The notes under the pieces: model-generated
The model's input: only the letters and a program-made list of their open reading frames with translations
Database searches by the model: none
What the model was told of the DNA's origin: nothing
Assembly (NCBI GenBank): GCA_050084985.1
Contig: JBITNC010000001.1
Coordinates: 43,214,001 to 43,278,000, forward strand
DNA: 64,000 nt
Direction of reading: 5' to 3'
Source: Nageia nagi
Taxonomy: Eukaryota > Plantae > Pinophyta
Part shown: positions 54,601-64,000 of the stretch, in pieces
Position numbering within the stretch: the stretch's first letter is position 1
Layout: each line of letters begins with the position of its first letter
Position numbers and translations under genes: made by a program

Positions 54601-55100
54601 TTCAATAAATTCCCACAACTGTAGAAGGATCTTTTTCTCCAAACTTGCAAAACTTTGCTACTCCAAAAATAAAGAAAAATAAAGATAATCCAAAAGCTCA
54701 ACTCTAAGCTCTATTTATAGCTTTGCAACTAGCACTAGGCTAACTAAATAAATAATTATTTAATTTGCATTGTAGAAAATAACTTGGAGTGACAATACCA
54801 CTTAAACTCAAGTGAGTGGGATTTAATTCCTAAGTGGGAAATATCTTTCCACTTAATCACCAATCAACATTTCAGTAAACTGAGTTCCACTAGCACACCT
54901 AACTTGCAACTAGGACACAACAACTAAAATTGAGATACCTCATGCAATTTAGGTATTATAAATATTATTTAATTTAAATTAATATCTTAAGGCTTAGTTA
55001 ACTCTAGCCTTTATCAATCAACCAATCATAACTCAATTACCATAATATTTTAAGCTAAATAATAATATTTAAAGTTTAGGGATTACTATTTTTAATAATT
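51699..55100. mobile_element. Probable long LTR (Tekay/Del-like terminus) containing a tandem array
   Basis: Starts TGTAATGACCC; minus-strand CTATAAATAG box near 54711-54720. Right end not resolved. Confidence 0.35.
52990..53500. repeat. ~84-bp AT-rich tandem repeat, ~5-6 copies
   Basis: attttaaaatactaccctattttaaaataatcaaataaactctattttagaatataatagtaatatcctaaaataatcacaactct recurs. Confidence 0.85.
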
Positions 55101-55959
55101 AATTAACCTTAATTAATATTTAAGAAGTAATACATACATATATTCTCACAAAATACTTAATTATCTATTTGAATAATTAAACTCTACTTTTTTCCTACCT
55201 AGTTAGTTCTATTAATTATCTTTATCCACTAATATTAATTATTAGGGGTCCCAAGATAATTATACTAACATCTTTGGTAATCCTTTAAGATATATATATT
55301 TTCAACTTTAAATTAAGAACATAATTAGGAAATCATAAACACACATTAACAATCCTAGGGAGTTTATCTTGCCTTATGTTGCTATGTAACATGTACATAT
55401 AGGTAGGATAAGTAATCATTATCCTTATCTAGGATTTCATAAATTTAAACAAATAAAATTGTAGCAAGCATTTTATTCAAATAATATATAGTCATTGTCT
55501 CATCTCACAATAAACCAAATCAAAAAACACCAAGGGAAATCTAGAGTGGATTTGGGTTGAAACATTTTTAGTGAGGAAACTCTAAACCATCCTTATATAA
55601 TTATTAAAAGGTGATTTGAAACTATCCCTCAAAAATTACCCTAAAAAAGATATAAAAAAATTGAAAGGTGTGGGAAGGGAAATATGTGGATGATGTGGGT
55701 GGTTTTAACCCACTTTAGAAATAATATAGGGATGCAATTTTAAACCATACCTATATATCAACCAACAAAAATAAAAAATTCCTATATGGGGAAAGGTGGG
55801 CACTTGAATTTTTTAGGCATTTTGAGTTTTTAAAGTTTGGTGTGGTGAGGGGGAAGAGGAGAAGAGAGGAGAGGCAAAGTATTTCAATTTTAATTTTGAG
55901 CAAGTGGGTAGAGAAGAGGAGAGGAGAGGTGACATGAGAATAGGAACTAATGCAAGAAG

Positions 55960-57020
55960 GTATTCTTTCACATTTTTCATTACATGCTTGTACTTTGTAT
56001 TCTTTTGCCTTTGGCATATATATCTTACAATATTTTTTAAAAAATCCATTTTGTGCATATGCCATGAAACTATGTTTACATCATGCATTTCCTCTTGCAT
56101 TTTCTTAGTTTTTTTACTGAGGGTCTAGTGAAAGCAAATATTCTTCTTGATTTTTCATTACATATATGTGGCTTTTATTCTTCCATATTTTATGTACATA
56201 TCTTAGGGTATTTTTTAGAAAATTTATTTTGTTCATATAATGCAATCATTGTAGATCATGAAACTATGTTTGCATTATGTATCTTGTTAAACAATTCATG
56301 GGGCTTGTGTATTCTTCCATATTTTGCATACATCTCTTATGGAATTAAAAAAAATCATTTTTTATTTATCCATAAACCATTGCAGACCATGAAATTGTAT
56401 TTGTATCATGCATTTTGTCGAATAATTATTAGGCCTTGCATATTCTTACACATTTTTATTACATGTTCATGCCATGTATTCTTCCATATTTTGCATATAT
56501 GTGTAGGGAATTTCAAAAATTTTATTTATGCATATCCTATGAAGTTATGTTTACATAATGTATTTCTCTTGCATTTCTTTTTTTTTTTGGCTAAGTTTTC
56601 AATACAAGTAGGTATTCTTTTGTATTTTTCATTACGTAATCATACCTTGTATTATTTCACATTTTGGATACATTTCTTAGGGTATTTTTCACAAAATCCA
56701 TTTTGTTGTATTTTAAAATTATTATAGAACATGAAATTATATTTGCATTGTGCATCTTATCAAACAATTACTAACCCTTATGTATTCTTCCACATTTCAC
56801 ATACATCTCTTAGGGCCTTTCCTAGAAAACCCATTTTGTGCATATCATGTAACCATTGCAGACCATGAAACTATATTTTCATCATCTATCTTATCAAATA
56901 ATTCTTATGTATTATGTATTCCTTCAAATTTTGCATACATATCTTAAGGCCTTTTTATGAAAAATCATTTTATGTGTATCTTGCAAACTTATTTTTATGA
57001 AAATTCATTTTATGCATATC
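55960..57020. repeat. ~130-bp degenerate tandem repeat with a higher-order ~480-bp duplication
   Basis: Recurring ccattgcagaccatgaaactat, tattcttccatattttgcatacatctcttag and aatccattttgt motifs. Confidence 0.8.
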
Positions 57021-57899
57021 CTTCAAATTTGATTAGTTCTCTTTTTTTCCATAAATCTACTACTTCAAAAAAGGTCAATGCTACCATATATTTTAGGAAT
57101 TATTTATATTTAAATAGCTTATAATAAATTTTTCTATGTGGTTGATAAATTTGAATAAGATCATACAAACTTCGCTTAAGTATTTTTTAAATTTTCAATG
57201 ATTTTATATGCCTTAGATTAGGAGGAAGTTTTACCTTTTCTATTATAAAAAGATTCACTATTGTGCATGTTCTTCCTCTTTTAGTATGAGAACATATATC
57301 TTCATTTATAATAACATTGACTATTTTAGTTTCCTCTTTTTCTATCCCTTTAGGGAAAAAATATTTTCCTCCTTAAATGAGCTCCTTCATGGATTTGTCT
57401 AAAGTATGACAATTATTTATGTTGTGGCATCTTACTTGATGATAAGAAAAATAATTTTAGTTTATACCATTTTAGTTTTTTTTTATTGCTATAATATTCT
57501 ACTTTCTTTTCCAATGGTTTTAATAAATTGATTTGGGTAAGATATTATAGACCCTAAATAATGCGATAGTGTAATTAATTCAGGAAATTAACGCATGCAC
57601 TATTTAGTCTATTAGTTAGTTGACATAAAGCAGGAATATGAAAACATATGATTAAGCATATAGGTGTATTCTTTCATAATTGCACTCTGATTTGGGGTAA
57701 CACACTATCATTCTTTTATTCTTTTCAGAAAATTCTTTCTATTCCAACTTTCCTCCCTTTTACATATAATTTGAGTCTTATGTTAGTCTTAAGTTTGAAA
57801 AATTTTGGGTGTTGTCAACATTCAGCTATTGTATATATAAGTCTTGGTATTTCATATTTTTCCTTATAAATTTCTAGTCAAAGTCTAATAGGTGTTACA

Positions 57900-59441
57900 A
57901 TAACTCCTAGAGGGATAAACCTTAAGTTGTGTTAGCAGTCAAAAGAGCTAGGAATTGTATATATAGAAGAGTCATGTCTAGGAGTTGTAAATACATGTCC
58001 TAGAGTTGTTGTAAATACACGTTCGAGAGTTGTTGTAGAAGTGGGTCCAAGTTATGTCCAAATAGTCAGTGGGAGAAGTAATTAGAACTTACCAATTTTC
58101 AATAGTGATATCACCATTTTTGGCTAAAATGAGCAGGTCCCAGAATAAGTAACAATGGGTGAAGATTCATGAAGAAGTAAATAGAACCCACTGATTTTCA
58201 ACAGTGGCATCACCATTTTTGGCTAATATCAATAGGTATTGAAATAAGTAAAGGTGGGTGAAGATTCATGAAGATACCAAATAAAGCCTATTAATTTTGA
58301 GTGATGACATCAAAACTTTTAGCCAAAATTAGCAGGTATTAAGGAGAGCCATATCATCAATAAAGCCCAAAGAAAAGAAATAGAACCCATCAAACTAAAG
58401 TGAGAGTAATAGGTAACAAGTATCATTAGGGTCCATTTGATCTTAAGTGTTAGACCCTTAGGGGCCTGTTAATGTGTTGACTTCAACTCAATTCCACATA
58501 ACAAATGGTAGTTTCTTCTTGAACTAACTTGGTATATTGTTCACCACCCCCATTAATCTATTCAATTAGAACTACAATATGGATCATCAATGGTTGCAGA
58601 GAAGTAGATGACTATCGATAGAGCATAGTGTCAGATCATGCCTATTAAATTATAAATGAGTACTTCAATCAACTTTAGTACCATCTTCAATCAACTACAA
58701 TATCAAAGTAGGAGCAATCAATGACATGTTAAAAAGATTACAGCTTAATGGATACAACTATTCAAAAATTACAAATTTTCAAATAGTCATGCTGTTGGTA
58801 CTTATTCATTATATAATCTAACATAGTTGTAATAATTATTATAAATAGTTTTCTTCACTAGCTTCAAGTAAGATGAGTAATAATATATACTAATGATACA
58901 AAATAACCTATTAGGGCATGTAAATGTATAAATGGTAGACTATTAGAAATCAATATGGTTAGACATTCTAGAAAAAAATTTCAAACCTGTAAGGTGCTTT
59001 TGTACATGATAATGCAAATAGATAATGCTTTTCCCTCTTGAAACAAGTGGCTATTTATTGCTTCTATGAGTATTATGTATGGAATTTTATCTTAAGTTAT
59101 GGTTGTGTATTGTAATTGCGAGACCCCAAGGGTAAGATAGCATGCTATTCTTAATCTTGGCTATGGATTGTTGCTTATGCTATAATGCCCAGGCTATGTA
59201 GTTCTTGTTTAAATTTTTTAGTTTAATGTATTTATCTCTTTCTAATAACTCTCTACCTTTAATATGTTTCTTGTAACTTTAAACCTTTACAATAGATTGG
59301 AACTAGCTTATAACCTAAAGATTGAGTAGAAAACCAACACAAGCGCATTCCCACCACCTTCTGCTCTTTCAAGGAACCTATTATTATGGGAAATAGAGAA
59401 CTCAACCAAACCAAACCCTTTGAGGTTACATTATACTGATT
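57900..59441 (+). mobile_element. Long LTR-like repeat, inverted homolog of 31067-32700
   Basis: Ends ...accaaaccaaacccttTGAGGTTACATTATACTGATTA, the near reverse complement of the 31067 start. Collinear similarity over >1.3 kb. Confidence 0.7.
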
Positions 59442-60569
59442 AATAATAAGTTTATTATGTTAACATGCATATTCAATTAATCAAAGAAAGGTACAAGCAA
59501 TACCATACATATTAGTAAGACATTGATGCCCTGGTAACTGGTATGATGATGATGCCCTAGTAACAGTATGACACTGACACATTGGTAATAGTACATCTTT
59601 GATGTCATGTTAATGATCAAATTAAAGATGTGACAAAAGATGTAATGATAAATGAATGAATGATTTATCAATATAATGAAAGTATGATAATCTTTAAGAT
59701 AAGAGATTCACTTGTTACAGATAAGAAGACCTTGCAAAGGTTTGCTTTATGAATGATGTTTGAGTCCTTGATTCTCTATTCGATCTTCAGTTGATAGAAG
59801 CCTTGGGTCTTCTATAATATGCCCCTTATCTAGTTTCCTCTTCATGATTTGACTCCCTTGTATAATCCATAAGGGTCAAATATATGGCCTACACCTCTTT
59901 TATACATTTTAAATTCTTTTTAAATAATACATTGTTAAAAAATTAAAATGATTTATTAAATACATAAAGGTTAATTTTGAGGTGTCTACATTTGACCCTC
60001 TTTGGATGTGTGATTGAAGCAATAAAATTACATGTCCAAAGAAGAAGTGTAGCCAAGATATAGAAGATTTTTTTTTTATCAATTTGCTGATGCTATCTTT
60101 TACTGAATGAATAGTTGATGTTGAGGGACCTTGTGTTGCCCCCTTTTGGCTTGCTTGCCCCAAGAAAGATCCTTGAGTGGAGTAGCCAAGGAAAAAGCTA
60201 CTGAAGAAGCTACCTTCAGGAATAATATTTGGATGATTATAAAAATCCATATCCAAGGCTAGCTATGGAATATATGATTGGCCTCCCTTATACTATTTCA
60301 ATCATGAATTTGGCTATTCCATTATATATAATACTCAAGAAGTTGATGCACTTATGTTCATATCACAAAATAGAGAGGTGATGATTTGGATGAGTGGAAA
60401 TAAAAATTGATTATACACCATCAATAGCCCAACATACTATGAGCACGATGCTGGCACCTTGGTTTTGACTATAATTTTATTCTATTTTTTCTAAATCTAC
60501 CTACATGCAATGAAATGTCAATCATAAAACAATAATGGATTCATAGTAACTTAACTTATTTAATCTATT

Positions 60570-61270
60570 ATATATGATCCAATGTCAACATCTTGCTTAC
60601 GACTGCATCGATGGTTTATCTTTTAAGTGAGTGAACTCTCACTAGCCTTATCGATGGCTATCGATGATCATACGTTTGTATGTCTATGATCTAAAGATAG
60701 TATATTTTATATGGGTTCAAAGCAAAAACCATATGGATACATAGCAAAATATATCATCCATTAGAGATAATCCAATGTCAATATCTTGCTCATGATTGTA
60801 TCATCGATTTATCTTTTAAGTGAGTGAAGTCTCACTAGCTGTATCATTGGCCATTGGTGATCATACATTTATATGGCCATGATCCAAAGATAGTATTACT
60901 TTAGATTGGTTCAACAAAAAAAACCATGTGGATACATAATAAAATGTATCATCCATGGGAATGATACAATGTTAACAAATTACTCATGGCTGTATCATCG
61001 GTTTATATTTTAAGTGAGTGAACTCTCACTAGCCATATCATTGACCATCGATGAGCATACATTTGTATATCCATGATCCCAAGATAATATGCTTTAGATG
61101 GATTCAAAATGTGGATACATAGCAAAATGTATCATCCATTGGAGATGATCCAATATCAATAAATTTCTCATGATTGCATCACCGGTTTACTTTTAAGTGA
61201 GTGAACTCTCACTAGCTTTATTGTTTGCCATCGATGATCATGTGTTTTGATTTCCATGATCTAAAGACAC
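60570..61270. repeat. ~190-bp tandem repeat, ~4 copies
   Basis: ttttaagtgagtgaactctcactagc at 60621, 60814, 61008 and 61191 (spacing 193, 194, 183). Confidence 0.95.
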
Positions 61271-63099
61271 TAGCTATGTGAAGCAAGGATGAAATAAATA
61301 TAATATATTATAACATGCTGAGATGGAATGATGAAATTTCCTAATATTCAAACCTATAAAGGTCTGGAAGCTTGAGTTTAATTCTACATGAAGAATGTAC
61401 ATCATTGATGCCCTAAAAATAGGTCTATGTATGCTACCATTGCTATGTGGATAGTCTTCCACGTTGCTAACATTATAGGATTCCTCAAATTTGGCTAAAA
61501 TAAAATTATCTTAACTACTATTAGCTAAAGTTTGTTGATTCACCATACTTATAGTTGAATATGAGAGTGACCCTAGTTGATGCTAAAAAGGGGGTAAGGA
61601 AGCCATCTTGCCACATTCATGGAGCCCAAATTCACCATGTTATCACCTAGGTGATAGTCATGAATCACCAACACTTGGAGGAGAACAAATTTATTCACAA
61701 TTGCAAGAAATTTAGCACAAAATGCAAAGTGAAATCTATAAGGCGAGATGATGCCCCATCGTCAACATATTTTTCCATGTCAACTATAGGCCAACCAATA
61801 AATGTCAATTTATTCACTTGGCATCTATAAATTCTTGGTAACAAATATCAACCTTTCCAAATATGAAATTAATATGCTTAATAACATCAAATGAAAAGAA
61901 AAAAAAAAGCAAAATATTTGTACCTCATGATGGAAGCATAATTTTAGTACCAATCTTCATGCTAGAAAGGTGCAATTAAGAATAAGTACAAGAAGGTTTT
62001 TAATCATTTGAGTAACTCATGTATTAGTATGCTACTAGCATTTTTATGTTAATGCATTGCTAGCATCATGAAATAAGTGGATAAATTCATCCAATTAAGT
62101 AGTACCTTCATATATCACCAAATCTTTACAAATATCATGGGCCTGCAGCTACCTAGAAATAACCTTCTTGAAGATAAAATTTTACCCTATCAATTGGCTA
62201 AGATCAAGTATTCATAATCTGATTTCTTTAGTTGTATATCATAAAAAGGTATGCACTATCATGTTAAAAATTAGAAATTTATGAAAATGAACTAGACATA
62301 TTGGAAACTCCTCTAAACATCAAATTATCACACTGCTGGCACCCTAAACGCAATATAAATTTTAACAAAAAATAAAAATGAAGTTATATTTACTTGATAC
62401 ATGCAAACATCATTTGAATAGATTTTGAGAATAAATTAGATCCAAATTCTATCACTAGAATACATAATTCTAAGAATTGGACATCACTGGCATCATGGAA
62501 ATGATAATTTTTAGTATCCAAAAAAGGATGGGAGGGATTTAAAATTTTTACAAGGCTAATAAAATCTCCACATAAGAATTTAGGGACTATATGGAAAAGA
62601 AGACCTATTGCCCTAATTAAAGCCCCAAAGTCAACTTATAAAATCAAAATATTTGTAAAAATAGGTCATTTTGACTTTGATGCCCTTGCCATTTGGAGCT
62701 CTGACAAGTAGGCATTGACTTTCTTGCTGACCTAGCTAAGTTTTCCACTCTACCAATAACATTGCACTATTGGAGCATTCGTTCCATCTCTCATTTTAGT
62801 GCATTGAGCGAGAGGATGTTTGTAGAGGATTTGAGACTATGGAGGGATGGCTACCATTGATTAGAGGAGTATCTGACAACCAATTCCAAGGATGATAGGT
62901 CATCTAATAGAGTATCTCCATAGTCTACTAGTCAAGCATGTAGTAAGTAGATTCAAACTTGAAATATTATATTTTTATTATCCATGAGTAGAGAGGAGGG
63001 ACTAATAGACCTAGGCATTACCTTGCAACATCATAAGGGGTTGATCTAGGGTGGGAGTATGAGGACTATAGCTTTAGATTTAGCCCAACATTCCCATGA

Positions 63100-64000
63100 A
63101 TCTAATAATCATATGATATTTTAGACCAATGCAATTTAGAGGAGCTTCCATACATGGGGAAAGTATAGGTGGATAAACCTCTTCTCACTGCATTGGCTAA
63201 GAGATGGGATGAGGATTGCTGCTCATTTCACCTTCCCACCAATGAAATGATAGTAACTCTAGAGGATGTGTACCAAATTTGGGGTATACCCATTAGGGGT
63301 GGCTTGATATAGGACATGAGATGGGGGATGATAACACTTGTGGGGTTGAATGTTTATGGTTGATTAGATTGGATGACCCTGATTAGGATCATTGATCGGT
63401 GTGATTTGCAGAGGGCTATAGGTTTGCCAAAGTAGGGAGACATCTAAGGATGCATGTGGTGGCTATTATTACTAACTATCTATGTCTTAACAAAATCCAT
63501 TTATATTTTCCTCTTGGATTGACATGGATAGTACAAGATATCTATGCTGAAGGGTGATAGTTTACATGGGGGCCAGTAGTACTAGCATAGCTTTACAAGG
63601 ATTTGTATTCATTCATTAATGTTGAAAAGGTCAACATGATAATTGCTCATGTTGGTCTCCTAATTCTGGACCTATGAGCACATCTCAATTATTAATCTAG
63701 TGGTACTATAGAGGTTGAGAGATGACCCAACAAATGTGGCCCTGGCATGCTAGACTAATCCATTAGGTAGATATAGGCATACTCGATCCATGGAGGCAAG
63801 GAGGAGAGATATCAACAACCTTTAGGAGGTAGACATCATATGGGTGTGCTACACTGATTATGTGTGGCATGGGGATGCACATCATTTGGTGTCAATGTGG
63901 AAAACCCACTTTTTCCAAACTAGGTGGAAGATAGTGGAGCCATATCATCTAGAGTAGGTGTTGACATAATTTAGGATACAATAACTAATTCTAGCAGTGC
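63100..64000 (+). pseudogene. Second degenerate PMD ORF (transposon-derived), runs off the window
   Basis: VDKPLLTALAKRWDEDCCSFHLPTNEMIVTLEDVYQIWGIPIRG, then FTWGPVVLA*LYKDL and WTYEHI, with stops and frameshifts. Confidence 0.85.

Noticed and set aside
56083-56727. 214-aa hydrophobic ORF
   Set aside because: Lies wholly in a degenerate T-rich tandem repeat; units are not frame-conserved.
59909-60256. 115-aa ORF as a hAT transposase fragment
   Set aside because: No diagnostic BED-finger, DDE or dimerisation motif recognised.

Overview
This is eukaryotic, very AT-rich plant nuclear DNA. The transposon lineages, extreme CpG loss and long TE-filled spaces suggest a large-genome seed plant, probably a gymnosperm (inference only). 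No prokaryotic system, CRISPR array, rRNA or tRNA is supported. Most of the window is decayed, nested repeats. These include an ~18 kb composite repeat of alternating polypurine and AT-rich modules (3.1-21.1 kb), an L1 LINE RT relic split by a solo LTR, copia relics, and a Ty3/gypsy integrase interrupted by a long LTR. There is also a Tat/Ogre-type gypsy element (gag, protease, G-patch, truncated RT) with an antisense Plant Mobile Domain (PMD) ORF, a second PMD relic, and several tandem arrays. Host-gene sequence is confined to two CpG-retaining islands. The first (1.3-3.0 kb) has tail-to-tail remnants of UBA5 (+) and an unidentified two-exon gene (-) that the ORF track misses. The second (46.3-48.75 kb) has an open but N-lobe-truncated BRI1/EMS1/PSKR-like kinase ORF with altered catalytic motifs, a 158-bp foldback hairpin, and a candidate 39-codon first exon of a membrane-anchored protein. 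All homology calls are by-eye motif recognition; no searches were run, and repeat boundaries are approximate.
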